Under the pieces are notes generated by a model. It saw only the letters and a list, made by a program, of their open reading frames with translations, did not search any database and was not told the DNA's origin. 64,000 nt of DNA from the NCBI GenBank assembly GCA_964016885.1, contig OZ024740.1, positions 314,774,001-314,838,000 of the forward strand, in the 5' to 3' direction. The DNA comes from Eledone cirrhosa (lineage: Eukaryota). Below, one piece after another: positions 43,991-58,046 of this stretch. Numbering within the stretch: the stretch's first letter is position 1; every line of letters begins with the position of its first letter. A program made the position numbers and the translations under genes.

Positions 43991-45796
43991 CCAAGACCAA
44001 CAAATCCTTTAATTGATACTACGGTATGGAGTTCATATTGTTTACAAATTCAAGTTTCGTTAACTTTAGTCTCTTTATCCAATTAAACGTGCAATACCAT
44101 TTCAGAATTGTATCCAAGCATATTTCACTGAAGATATAGTGTTGTCACCAACGATAGACACCTGACTAAATATTTTATATTTTAATTAACGCCTCACATT
44201 TCCACAACCAATTCCCGCTTGGGTTATACACAAATCTCTTACAAAATAAAAATCAGACAGTGGGAGTTCGGCTCTTCCACATTCGGACCATATCCTTGTG
44301 GTTGTGTTCATTGTCTATAGAGTTTGTAGATCTTTAGGGGTTCTATGAGGGGTTCTATGAGGACCCTCAATTCAGCTAACGTGAAACTCTTATGATGATG
44401 AAAATAAAGAAAGACGAAAGTAAAAATTATTGAGAATAACAGGAGAGACTAAATAAAATATTGTTCCGAGTTCCTAAATTGTCCGTGACACCGTTTCCAC
44501 CCAGTTTTGTTTTTGATGAAGGCATAAATGTTACAGTATTCCTTTTGTTTCTGTTATTACTGGTGCACCATTGTCTAGGGTACAGTCGATTGCATCGACA
44601 TTCATACTTTATTTTATCGATCTCGGAAGGATGAAATGCAAGATACACTTAGACAAAATTTGAACACAGAAAACCACAAATTATTTCTTTCGTCTCCCTG
44701 TCGATTCCACTGTCTGTTCTCTATAAATTTCAGACCACATAGTTATGGAAACTAAAGTTGTTGTTGCTGTTCTTTAGTCGCACGTTGACCCTAATCAAAC
44801 CTACCTATGTTAAACGACATTCCAGTTGTAATCATCTCGTGGGACTATATTGTCCACTGTGTCTTTAATTTTTTAAGATTACGGGGTTGAAATGCAAGAA
44901 ATTTGGCTGCTGCTTCTTGCAGGTCCAGCGTTAAGATTCCCTCGTAGTTAGTAGAGTTGTTAGAAATTATTTACAATATTTAATTCAATACGACACGGTG
45001 AAGATGCATGGCTTAGTTGTTAGAGCGTTGTGTTTACAATCGTGAGGTTGCGATTCAAGCTGTATTGGTCACTGGCACCAAGCTGTATCGGTCTTTGCTT
45101 TTCTCTTGGATAATATCAGTGGTGTAGAGAGGTGAGAATGGTATGCATGAGCCTGGTCTCCCACAAACAACCCGGACTTGTGCCTCTAGGTGCGAATTCC
45201 ATGGTTATTCGTGACCGAAGTGGTTTCAATTTAAATTAGAATTAGAAGCACATCATTTAGGTATCTAATATCATGTGAGAAATACAAGAACATAACAATC
45301 TTCCATATCCTCACCTTATTACAGCCTATATCATACAGGACACATATATTTGAATAAACTATCTTTAAATTTCCCCTTTTACCGGTCACGTGACAGGAAG
45401 TTCTGATCAGTTTGGTTTCAGTTAGATTCCTTTTGTCTTCTTTTATATCAATGGACATAATATAGGGATAGATTGTTTATTGTTGTGGTTGTTGCTTAGC
45501 TCCAGGTCAGCCTTGTGTGAACTGGCCTATGAACAAAGGCGTTCTAGCCATGACCATCCTGCCATTTTAGGAATATCTCGGACTATATTAACTAATGGGC
45601 AAGGCGGTGCATTAGTAGAGTCGTTAGAGCGGCGGATAAAATGCCTTGTCGTATACGTTCCGTCTCTCTGAGCTCTGAGTTTAAATCCCGCATTACCATT
45701 CATCCTCCTGGGGTTACTGAATGAAACCCTAGTCCAGTCTTGGAGAGGTCAACTCATCACTTTCTCTCTATATTGTACCTGTAGTTCAATGGAATA

Positions 45797-47026
45797 GCTT
45801 ACATCATACTGACTCTACCTCAGACTAGCTTATAACATTTCATCACATTGATTCTACCTCAGACTAGCTTATAACATTACATCACATTGATTCTACCTCA
45901 GACTAGCTCATAACATTACATCATACTGATTCTACCTCAGACTAGCTCAAAACATTACATCATACTGATTCTACCTCAGACTAGCTTATACCATTACATC
46001 ATACTGATTCTACCTCAGACTAGCTTATACCATTACATCATACTGATTCTACCTCAGACTAGCTCAAAACATTACATCATACTGATTCTACCTCAGACTA
46101 GCTTATACCATTACATCATACTGACTCTACCTCAGACTAGCTTATACCATTACATCATACTGATTCTACCTCAGACTAGCTCATAACATTACATCATACT
46201 GATTCTACCTCAGACTAGCTTATAACATTACATCATACTGATTCTACCTCAGACTAGCTCATAACATTACATCATACTGATTCTACCTCAGACTAGCTCA
46301 TAACATTACATCATACTGATTCTACCTCAGACTAGCTTATAACATTACATCATACTGACTCTACCTCAGACTAGCTCATAACATTACATCATACTGATTC
46401 TACCTCAGACTAGCTTATACCATTACATCATACTGATTCTACCTCAGACTAGCTTATACCATTACATCATACTGATTCTACCTCAGACTAGCTCAAAACA
46501 TTACATCATACTGATTCTGCCCCAGACTAGCTTATAACATTACATCACATTGATTCTACCTCAGACTAGCTTATAACATTACATCATACTGATTCTACCT
46601 CAGACTCGCTTATAACATTACATCATACTGATTCTGCCTCAGACTAGCTTATACCATTACATCATACTGACTCTACCTCAGATTAGCTTATAACATTACA
46701 TCATACTGATTCTGCCCCAGACTAGCTTATAACATTACATCACACTGACTCTACCTCAGACTAGCTTATAACATTACATCATACTGATTCTGCCCCAGAC
46801 TAGCTTATAACATCACATCATACTAATTCTGTCCCAGGCTATCTTATAACATTACGTGACTCTGCCTCAGACTAGCTTATACCATTATATCATACTGATT
46901 CTGCCTCAGACTAGCTTATAACATTACATTATACTGATTCTGCCTCAGGCTAGCTTATAACATTACATCACACTGATTCTACCTCAGACTAGCTTATAAC
47001 ATTACATCATACTGACTCTGCCTCAG
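45797..47026. repeat. 39-bp minisatellite, ~31 copies
   Basis: Unit catcatactgattctacctcagactagcttataacatta. Confidence 0.95.
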
Positions 47027-47453
47027 AACTGTGTTAAAAGTACAAGTGTCTATTGAATACTCAGCCACTTTCAGGTTAATGTTCAGTTGGTCGAACAACT
47101 AAATGCTCATCATCGAGATCGACTGAGAACCCTATCTACCTAATATTAGCCCCCACCCCACAGACTTGAAATTTGTAGATTGTGATTTGAGGGAGATTTC
47201 ACTGTTATTTTTAGCACGTTGAGCGACCTAAAAGTCCTCCTCGTTTCTGGTTTGTGATTATTTATAATAGCCAAGTTTGGTGTTCCATCCTTTGAATTTT
47301 TAAACCTTCTTATGACTAAATTTGACATTACCATCTTTAGGATAAGTAAAAACCATGTTTTGACAAGATTAATATCGCAATAGTAGTTGATATTTAACTC
47401 CAGATAGGCTCTGGCCGTGTTTGCATACAATCAAAGCCTTTCCAGCCGTCGAG

Positions 47454-50400
47454 TCAAGCTATCTAGAACTACATTATCTAATGTCTTTCCCAAACTATCT
47501 AGAACTACATTATCCAATGTCTCTCCCAAGCTATCAAGAACTACATTATCTAATGCCTCTCCCAAGCTATCAAGAACTACATTATCTAATGTCTGTCAAG
47601 CTATCTAGAACTACATTATCTAATGTCTCTCCCAAGCTATCTAGAACTACATTATCTAATGTCTCTCCCAAGCTATCAAGAACTACATTATCTAATGTCT
47701 CTCTCAAGCTATCTAAAACTACATTATCTAATGTCTCTATCAAGCTATCTAAAACTACATTATCTAATGTCTCTCTCAAGCTGTCTAGAACTACGTTATC
47801 TAATGTCTCTGTCAAGCTATCTAGAACTACATTATCTAATGTCTCTATCAAGCTATCTAGAACTACATTATCTAATGTCTCTCCCAAGCTATCTAGAACT
47901 ACATTATCTAATGTCTCTCCCAAGCTATCTAAAACTACATTATCTAATGTCTCTGTCAAGCTATCTAGAACTACATTATCTAATGTCTCTATCAATCTAT
48001 CTAAAACTACATTATCTAATGTCTCTCTCAAGCTGTCTAGAACTACGTTATCTAATGTCTCTGTCAAGCTATCTAAAACTTCATTATCTAATGTCTCTGT
48101 CAAGCTATCTAAAACTACATTATCTAATGTCTCAATCAATCTATCTAAAACTACATTATCTAATGTCTCTCTCAAGCTGTCTAGAACTACGTTATCTAAT
48201 GTCTCTGTCAAGCTATCTAAAACTTCATTATCTAATGTCTCTGTCAAACTATCTAGAACTACATTATCTAATGTCTCTATCAAGCTATCTAGAACTACAT
48301 TATCTAATGTCTGTCAAGCTATCATGAACTACATTATCTAATGTCTCTGTCAAGCTATCTAAAACTACATTATCTAATGTCTCTCCCAAACTATCTAGAA
48401 CTACATTATCTAATGTCTCTCCCAAGCTATCTAGAACTACATTATCTAATGTCTGTCAAGCTATCTAGAACTACATTATCTAATGTCTCTCCCAAGCTAT
48501 CAAGAACTACATTATCTAATGTCTGTCAAGCTATCTAAAACTACATTATCTAATGTCTCTCCCAAGCTATCAAGAACTACATTATCTAATGTCTGTCAAG
48601 CTATCTAAAACTACATTATCTAATGTCTCTCCCAAGCTATCTAGAACTACATTATCCAATGTCTCTCCCAAGCTATCAAGAACTATATTGTCTAATGTCT
48701 ATGTCAAGCTATCTAAAACTACATTATCTAATGTCTCTCCCAAGCTATCTAGAACTACATTATCCAATGTCTCTCCCAAGCTATCAAGAACTACATTATC
48801 TAATGTCTCTGTCAAGCTATCTAAAACTACATTATCTAATGTATGTCAAGTTATCTAGAACTACATTATCTAATGTCTCTGTCAAGCTATCTAAAACTAC
48901 ATTATCTAATGTATGTCAAGTTATCTGGAACTACATTATCTAATGTCTCTGTCAAGCTATCTAGAACTACATTATCTAACGTCTCTGTCAAGCTATCTAA
49001 AACTTCATTATCTAATGTATGTCAAGTTATCTAGAACTACATTATCTAATGTCTCTGTCAAGCTATCTAGAACTACATTATCTAATGTATGTCAAGTTAT
49101 CTAGAACTACATTATCTAATGTCTCTGTCAAGCTATCTAAAACTACATTATCTAATGTATGTCAAGTTATCTAGAACTACATTATCTAATGTCTCTGTCA
49201 AGCTATCTAAAACTACATTATCTAATGTATGTCAAGTTATCTAAAACTACATTATCTAATGTATGTCAAGTTATCTAGAACTACATTATCTAACGTCTCT
49301 GTCAAGCTATCTAGAACTACATTATCTAACGTCTCTGTCAAGCTATCTAAAACTACATTATCTAATGTCTTTCCCAAACTATCTAGAACTACATTATCTA
49401 ATGTCTCTCCCAAGCTATCAAGAACTACATTATCTAATGTCTCTCCCAAGCTATCAAGAACTACATTATCTAATGTCTCTCCCAAGCTATCAAGAACTAC
49501 ATTATCTAATGTCTCTCCCAAGCTATCTAGAACTACATTATCTAATGTCTCTGTCAAGCTATCTAGAACTACATTATCTAATGTCTCTCCCAAGCTATCA
49601 AGAACTACATTATCTAATGTCTCTGTCAAGCTATCTAAAACTACATTATCTAATGTCTCTATCAAGCTATCTAAAACTACATTATCTAATGTCTCTGTCA
49701 AGCTATCTAAAACTACATTATCTAATGTCTCTGTCAAGCTATCTAAAACTACATTATCTAATGTCTCTGTCAAGCTATCTAGAACTACATTATCTAATGT
49801 CTCTGTCAAGCTATCTAGAACTACATTATCTAATGTATGTCAAGTTATCTAGAACTACATTATCTAATGTCTCTGTCAAGCTATCTAGAACTACATTATC
49901 TAATGTCTCTCCCAAGCTATCTAGAACTACATTATCTAATGTCTCTGTCAAGCTATCTAGAACTACATTATCTAATGTCTCTATCAAGCTATCTAAAACT
50001 ACATTATCTAATGTCTCTGTCAAGCTATCTAGAACTACATTATTTAATGTCTCTGTCAAGCTATCTAGAACTACATTATTTAATGTCTCTGTCAAGCTAT
50101 CTAGAACTACATTATCTAATGTATGTCAAGTTATCTAGAACTACATTATCTAATGTCTCTGTCAAGCTATCTAGAACTACATTATCTAATGTCTCTCCCA
50201 AGCTATCTAGAACTACATTATCTAATGTCTCTGTCAAGCTATCTAGAACTACATTATCTAATGTCTCTATCAAGCTATCTAAAACTACATTATCTAATGT
50301 CTCTGTCAAGCTATCTAGAACTACATTATTTAATGTCTCTGTCAAGCTATCTAGAACTACATTATTTAATGTCTCTGTCAAGCTATCTAAAACAACATTA

Positions 50401-51128
50401 TCTAAATGTCTCCCCCAAGCTATCTAAAACTACATTATCTAATGTCTCCCCCAAGCTATCTAAAACTTCATTATCTAAATGTCTCCCCCAAGCTATCTAA
50501 AACTTCATTATCTAATGTCTCTGTCAAGCTATCAAGAACTACATTATCTAATGTCTCTGTCAAGCTATCTAGAACTACATTATCTAATGTCTCCCCCAAG
50601 CTATCTAAAACTACATTATCTAATGTCTCTGTCAAGCTATCTAGAACTACATTATCTAATGTCTCTCTCAAGCTGTCTAGAACTACATTATCTAATGTCT
50701 CTCTCAAGCTGTCTAGAACTACATTATCTAATGTCTCTCTCAAGCTGTCTAGAACTACGTTACCTAATGTCTCTGTCAAGCTATCTAGAACTACATTATC
50801 TAATGTCTCTGTCAAGCTATCTAGAACTACATTATCTAATGTCTCTCTCAAGCTATCTAGAACTACATTATCTAATGTCTCTCTCAAGCTGTCTAGAACT
50901 ACGTTACCTAATGTCTCTGTCAAGCTATCTAGAACTACATTATCTAATGTCTCTGTTAAGCTATCTAGAACTACATTATGTAATGTCTGTCAAGCTATCT
51001 AGAACTACGTTACCTAATGTCTCTCTCAAGTTATCTAGAAATACATTATCTAATGTCTTTCCCAAGCTATCAAGAACTACATTATCTAATATCTCTGTCA
51101 AGCAATCTAGAACTATATTATCTAATGT
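47454..51128. repeat. 36-bp minisatellite (34/37-bp variants), ~100 copies
   Basis: Unit caagctatctagaactacattatctaatgtctctgt; higher-order 286-bp duplication at ~49830/50116. Confidence 0.95.
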
Positions 51129-51734
51129 GGCCTTTATTTTTTTAAGCGGTGATTTTAGGGAAGATATTTTACTGCTGTTTCTAACAGTTTGAGCAGCCAC
51201 CCAGAGCTTCTCCGTATAGGCATTTGCTGTTGGGGAATTACGTTGTTTTCACTCTCTGTATATCTGATTTGTTCGACGACGGGCAAAGTTAAATTATTTC
51301 CTTTCCACCGATAATTTATCCGAGAATGAAGTGAATCTCGCTTCTCTCTAGTGAATGTTTGGTTTGATGCCTCTATAAAAATGAACTCGGAGACCCTTAT
51401 GATTTTTCAATTGAATCTATATATATTTATCAACAATCCACTACAATTTACTACGACCGCTTTTCTATAATTTTTAGGTCAAATATAAAAGTAAACAACA
51501 TCTATTATTTACTTCTTCTCCTCTTTCATATTTGGTATTCACTTACTTTCTAACTCACCCGAAGGTTCCTCCGCCTGACTGTCGTATAAAAATACGGTTA
51601 TTCTTGGCAGTAATACAATGATTGTTTTTTTGTTTTTTTTTGTATTAAAATATAGACAATAGAGTCAGGGGTGGGCGATGCAGAATTGATACCATCTAGA
51701 ATATTTTCTGCTATATACACGAGTCAACCAGGGA

Positions 51735-51905
51735 ATTGACTGTCGATTGACCTGCTAGAAATAGCAACCCAATCTCTCTCAGAAAACACTTTAAAAAAAA
51801 GGAGAATGCATATCGGATAATGTAGTTCTAGATAAACTTTAAAAAAAGACGGCATGTTCAGGATTAGAATGTCTTTGATTCCAGTTGACCTGGGGTTAAA
51901 CAATA
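51735..51905 (-). mobile_element. Dispersed repeat family C (also ~14415, 44770, 45490, 54300, 54690) containing a single-copy version of the 36-bp unit
   Basis: Minus ...tatctagaactacattatccgat...gctatttctagcaggtc recurs across the window. Confidence 0.6.
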
Positions 51906-52348
51906 ACAACAACAACAACAACAACAATAACAACAAAGAATAATAACAAAAGAAAACAACAACTGGCACATATTTTATTGGGGAGGGGGGAGCAGGATAG
52001 AATTTTAATAGTCAAGTACCGAACTAAGTACAGTGACGTATCATGGTGGGAACTCCTCACTCGCGCTCAGAGTTAAAAACGTTTGCAGACGAAATTCTAA
52101 AATCCCATGTGGAAGAAACAAACATAAACAAAAACAAAACAACAAACATTTAAGTGAAAACAATTTATTGCTCTTACACTCGTTCCTGGTCATAAAAATG
52201 CTCCCTATCAGTAGTTTAGTTTATCTCGTCTCTTCAACGTGATCGTCGTAGCGCAGTCGAAAGAACTGCCAGCAATACCAAAATATGTGTTCTTTCAAAC
52301 CACGTCAAAACGTCATTAAAATAAATGATACATCTTATAAACAGTTAT

Positions 52349-52812
52349 TCGATAAAATAAAGTACCAGTAATGCACTGGATAATTGCTGGCCTTGTGCCT
52401 AAAGTAGAAACAATTATTATTTTTAGTGGATTGGCAGTGTCGGTAGAGGGTCGGACGCCATGCTTTGATGCATAGAGTTACGTCCCTTGCCATTCTGAGT
52501 TCAAATCCCGCCGAGGTTAACTTTGCCTTTCATCCTTACGGGGTCGATAAAATAAAGTACCAGTAATGCACTGGGTAATTGCTGGCCTTGTGCCAAAAGT
52601 AGAAACAATTATTATTTTTAGTGGATTGGCAGTGTCGGTAGAGGGTCGGACGCCATGCTTTGATGCATAGAGTTACGTCCCTTGCCATTCTGAGTTCAAA
52701 TCCCGCCGAGGTTAACTTTGCCTTTCATCCTTACGGGGTCGATAAAATAAAGTACCAGTAATGCACTGGGTAATTGCTGGCCTTGTGCCAAAAGTAGAAA
52801 CAATTATTATTT
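52349..52812 (+). mobile_element. Head-to-tail SINE A multimer (one partial plus two full units, 195-bp period)
   Basis: gataaaataaagtacc at 52351, 52546 and 52741. Confidence 0.92.
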
Positions 52813-52911
52813 TTATTAGAGAAAAGCAATGAAGAATGACATGATGCTGAATGAAAACAAAAGCAATATATACAAACACACACACAGCGACCACAACTAA
52901 ATATGGAATGA

Positions 52912-53385
52912 TACGCGATGGGGCCCCGCCACAGCCCCGGCGGTAAGAATGGAGAAGGCGTTTCCCCGGAGTCATGCTTTATGACCTCGTTGAGGGAAGC
53001 ATGGCGTGGAAGGCGGCCGGCACTGTGGCGACAGGAAAGCGGGTGGAGGCCGAAAGGATCCACGGTGAATCCGCAGCGACAATGGTGTGGCTCGCAAGGA
53101 AACGCCAAACGCGCAGGCTATTATTGTCTAACTGCGTGCCAGTGGAGAAGGAGGGCAGGGCATGGAGCCAGGCACCATTGTGGGGTTTGGAGGTCGCACG
53201 AAAACAGGCAAGGCTGTGCTGGTCGAGCTGGCGCGTGAGCCTGTCTAAGGCCAGGCTGCACTGGATTGCATCCCAAGTTTTTTTGGGGGGACTTGACGTC
53301 AACAGGGGGAGAAGGAGGATGAACGTCTACTGGGCTGTGTCCCAGCCAGTCCCACGTCTCACAGGCGGCCTCACGTTCTCTGAGC
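52912..53385 (-). mobile_element. CRE-clade non-LTR retrotransposon 3' fragment
   Basis: PHNGAWLHALP..GTQLD..CEPHHCRCG..VDPFGLHPLSC..AGRLPRHASLNEVIK then LRGNAFSIL. Confidence 0.8.
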
Positions 53386-53496
53386 ACAGAGGGTTCGGAG
53401 TCTTAGTTAAACTATCTGAAGACCAAAGAAAGGACGGAATGCCTTTTATCATAGATCTGCTCAATCAGATCTGACCTGGGGTTAAATGGTTAAATA

Positions 53497-53710
53497 ATAG
53501 TTTCTGATTTAGGCACTAGGCCAACAATTTGGGGGGAGCGGGAAATTGATTAAACCGACCTCAGTATGTTACTGGTTCTTTATTTTATCCATCCTTTAAG
53601 GATGGAAGACAAAGCTAACCTCGGCGGGATTTAGACTTAAAACGTAAAGGGACGTAACTCTATGCCACATATTGTCCGATGCTCTACCGATACTGCCAAT
53701 ATTCCGCCCT
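53497..53710 (-). mobile_element. SINE A copy
   Basis: Matches family consensus. Confidence 0.8.
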
Positions 53711-54949
53711 TCAGAAGCATCTTTCATTGAGTCCCCCAAACGAGTACATTCAGCAAATAAACATTGAGATGAGATTTCGAGAAGTGGAAATTAGAGTTGT
53801 GACATCCATAGAATTGTGAAGAGCGTAATCAATGTAGGTGTAATGAAATGGCTAAAAGCAAGAATAGAAATCCTGTCGAGGATACGACTCATTGTCACTT
53901 TATCTCCTATGATCCAGTACTCACTTTTATCAATGAATATAGTACAGAAAGAGGCGGCGTTAAAACGTCGGATAGAATGCTTTGTGGTATTTGTTCTGGC
54001 TCCTTGCTCTCTGCTCTCTGAGTTCAAATTTTGTCGGGGTCAACTTTGCCTTTCATCCTTTCGAGGTCGATAAAAAAGTACCAGTCTAGTACTGGGGTCA
54101 ATTCTTCCTCTATATCTCTTTCCCATTTTCTCTCTCTCAGAGAGAGATGGGCTCGGCCAGGCTTAAAAGTGCCCTAGAAACGCCGTATGTCATTACAGCG
54201 ACCCTACGGCTCCAACAGGAGTTATGGGGCCGTATGTACATAGCACAGAACCACTTTAATGAAGACATTATACACTCACTATGATTGCAGGAAAAATCTG
54301 CCAAATTCCTTCATATCATACCCAACAGTCTTAGAAAAGAAGGACAGTGAATAATGTGGTCATGGGTGCGTTGTGTCTAGGAAAAAAAAAACGAAGTGGT
54401 CATGACTGGAAAAGTATTGATCATCTACTTGAGCAGAGTTGACTAGGATCTCAGCAAGATAAAATCTCTAGTTGTTATATTGTATCCTGTGTTGTGTCCG
54501 TTGTTTCTATATTCAAATCTTGACGTGTACAACTTCACCTTCCATTCGATAACATTAAAAAGAACTGGGACGTATTCTATCTATTATGTTCTTATTATAA
54601 AGGTCTTGTACCAAGTCAAAACAAATCCGTATTAACTGTTAGATTTATGGCACATATTTCAAATATAATATCGTGTTGTTATTGTTTTGCTCCAGATCAT
54701 CTGAGAGTGAATCTATGAGCTAAAGCTACCAAATACTAGCCATTCACTCCTTTTGCTAACCTTGGACTACACTGTCCAATATCTCCTTTTTCTTTTTACA
54801 GACGTTAATGTATGACTGAGGGAGATCAGGTAACTATTTCTAGCAGGTCGAGTGATTATGTTAAGGATCACTCCTAATGTGCTATTGATGTGTGGCCCCA
54901 GGTCTCCAATAGCACACATTTTGTCGGTTGAACAGCTAGGTCACTCAGC

Positions 54950-55800
54950 TTTTATTCCTGTTATAACAATCAGAGAAACCTACTGTACATTCTGACATAG
55001 TGGTAGTTCGTATAAAGTGTAATGTTGCAGTAGGGACATATTGTACTCTCTCTCCATTGACCAATGTATTTATTTCTGTAAGTCTTTAAATTCTAGCGGT
55101 GTCTCTAACAGAGGTGGACACGACAATTAGTCGGAACACAACAGTTGCTGTTCCTCTGTCCTTTACGGTATATTGTCCCGACACTTTTCTGGGACTAATG
55201 AAGTTATTGACGTGACAATTATTTCTGTGTGTATGTCTATTTTGTTTGTCAGGATTGAATAGGAGAGATAATGTTTTTTTAGGATGTTTTAGTAGAGCTC
55301 TGGGATGCTTAGAGGTGAGTTTTTATTTAGTGGCACTGGCCGAGAAGGCTGAAGTTTGCCGAGGTAAAAAACTGTGCTCCTCGCATGTACAAGTAGATTT
55401 TCATTTTTTGTATGTTTGTTTCATTGTGTGGATAGTTTGCGGGGAAGGGGTTGCCTGTGTATAACCTGTGGTGATTTTTACTGCACAGTTCTGTAGTCGT
55501 TGTTTATTGTAGTTTTCTGTAAAGAAATTAAGGGATTAATCAGGACTAACATAAACCATTGGTACACTATTGTTGTTTCTTTCTGTCGGCTAAATATTGG
55601 GTCTGTGAGTTTTCTAAGTATATTTGCGAGTAGTTTTGCTCTTTTTTTCCTTTTTCTGTGTGTTCTGTTAATATTGTGGAGGTGTTGAATTGCTAGCATG
55701 TTTGTTTTCAGTGTGTGAAGTTAGTTTACGCTGTTGAATGTAATGGTGGTTGTATTTGGTATTCTCTGATGTTACTGTTAAAGGAGACATTAGATTTCGT
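54950..55800 (-). pseudogene. Heavily degraded I/Jockey-group LINE, post-RT region
   Basis: ILRKLTDPIFSRQKETTIVYQ and YLYMRGAQF resemble LKALTGxxFGQQKETxxxxYK and HLxMxGTQF. Confidence 0.45.
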
Positions 55801-56469
55801 AGGTGCTATTTTAATTCTGATGTTTTAGAAACGGAGTTTTATGTGACTCATGCATCTTGGAGCTGTACAACTGTATTTGGATAATAAGAGGAAGATGTAA
55901 GTGTGATGTCATTACATACGAGGTTGTGCTTATCTTTTGATGTGTAATAAGATTGAAAAGAGTGGGTAGGGGGGCAGATTTAATTCGGAAAATTGGTATT
56001 CTATTTGGAAAAGTTTTGAAAGTATTGTTCTTTTTATACAGCATAGTTTTTCTCTAGATAAGGAGACCTGGTGTCGCTACGATAGGTTTAAGAACTTCCT
56101 AGTTACCTTTTATATAAAAAAAAAGAACGCTACTTAATTTATACTTGACTATACTCCAATATTCTGGTGCAGGGATTTGAACTCAGAACACAAAGAAGCG
56201 AAATAAATGCCACAAGGCAACTCGTCCAACACTCTTACGATTCCATCAGTTCATCACCCTAGATTAAAACTTTATTTGTCGAGTCCCGATGAATAAGAGA
56301 CAAGGTTGATTTCGGTGGGGTTGGAAACTGACTCTAAAGAGCAGGAATAAATACAACAAAACATTCTCTTTAACTCTCTAATGCTTCAACCAATTCCCAG
56401 CCTGTTGACTGGAAGATCGACTTGAACTAATCTTAGCACTTGCCGAAAATGTCAAATATGGGGGGGGGG

Positions 56470-57240
56470 GGGGCTTCTAAGTTCAAATCCAACCATAGCT
56501 GACTTTGCTTTTCATCCTTCCGGAGTTGACAAAATAAGTACAAGTTAGGTACTGGGGTAGATATAATGTTTGGCCTTGTACATAAAGAAGAAATTATTAT
56601 TTAGTAGATTGGCAGTATCGGTAGAGCGTCGCACAGCATGCTTTGCGGTCTGAGTTCAAGTCTCACTGAGGTTATCTTTGCCTTTCATCCTTACAGGGTT
56701 GACAAAATAAAGTACCTGTAACGAACTGGGATCCCGGTGCGTTACAGGTACTTTATTTTAATCGATTTTCCCCTCCCCTAAAATTGTTGGCTTTGTGTCT
56801 AAATCAGAAACCGTTATTAAGGGCGGTGGATTGGCAGTATCGGTAGAGCGTCGAACACCGTGATTCACAGCATAGACTTACGTCCCTTTACGTTCTGAGT
56901 TCAAATCCCGCCGAGGTTAACTTTGCCTTTCATCCTTACGGGGTCGATAAAATAAAGTACCAGTAATGTACTGGGTAATTGCTGGCCTTGTGCCTAAAGT
57001 AGAAACAATTATTTAGAACAGTGGATTGGAAGAATCATTAGAATGTCTGAGAAAATGCCTGACTGTACTGAGTTATAGTTCTTTGCATCATGAGTTCAAA
57101 TCCCACCGAGGTCAACTTTACCTTTCATCCTTCCGGCGTCAATGAAATACAAGTCAAGTACTGGGGTTAGTTAATCGACTAATCTCCCCGCCCCAGCAAA
57201 AAAAGATTCTGGCCTTGTGCCTATGTAAGAAATTATTATA
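56470..57240 (+). mobile_element. Cluster of four or more SINE A-type copies
   Basis: B-boxes at ~56480, 56652, 56897, 57092; young full copy 56821-57012. Confidence 0.82.
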
Positions 57241-57861
57241 ATCATTATTCTTTGAATCTGACCTGTTCAGACGATTAAATTTGCTCCGAGATTTTTCGGT
57301 GATTTTCAACTGTAACTGAAGGAAATAATTTTCATTTTGAATTTTATTTTACACATGGACTTTTATTGAACTATTTGGAAGTCAACCTCGTACCTGGGGT
57401 ATGACAACAAGGTTAGTGAGTACTTTTAATAATTCTATTTTTCTTTTCTCGCACTGTAAAACTTAAAGTAACATTTGGAGTCCTGTTATGCGGTTACCTC
57501 CGACCTCCATCCTACATCACTCCACCACGAAGGAATGCTACCGAACAGAGCAAAATAGATCCCAAAAAGAAAAAAAAAACAAATAATATTGAACACACAA
57601 ACTTTCCAATGGCAGAAAATGATAAAAACCATTAGATTTCAGCAAAATATTAACATTACAAGAAACACGCGTGGCAACAGTAACAATTGCATTCGTATAT
57701 ACACATACTTTGTCAAATGAAAGTGTTTTGAATGCAAGTTAAATCCCATCGTATGGAAGTATATTTTCAAAGATGAAACATTTTACTAAAACATTATGTT
57801 CATACATCGGATGTCTCTCTGCCAGAATCTAATATCCATCACGAGAGAAGAGAGAAGCAGC

Positions 57862-58046
57862 CAGACCTGTCAACCCTCCCCGTCCGACGGGTATAGCTTT
57901 CATTATGTAAAATCTCCCCATTTTGATTCATTTCTCCCCGTTTTGGAGCAAATTTTTTTATAGTACTCCTAAGAGAAGACATCTCTCACCCACCCCCAAA
58001 GAGTATTGCAAATCTCTCCGTCGGACGGGGATAGTTGACAAGTCTG
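57862..58046. mobile_element. 185-bp MITE with ~29-bp TIRs
   Basis: CAGACCTGTCAACCCTCCCCGTCCGACGG and revcomp CAGACTTGTCAACTATCCCCGTCCGACGG; no TSD seen. Confidence 0.65.

Noticed and set aside
45797-51128. 36-bp and 39-bp arrays as CRISPR
   Set aside because: Units are directly adjacent with no unique spacers, there are no cas genes, and the context is eukaryotic.
47417-51200. Long repetitive ORFs ([36 protein letters not shown])
   Set aside because: Unit length is a multiple of 3, three frames are open at once, and frequent 34/37-bp units shift frame freely.
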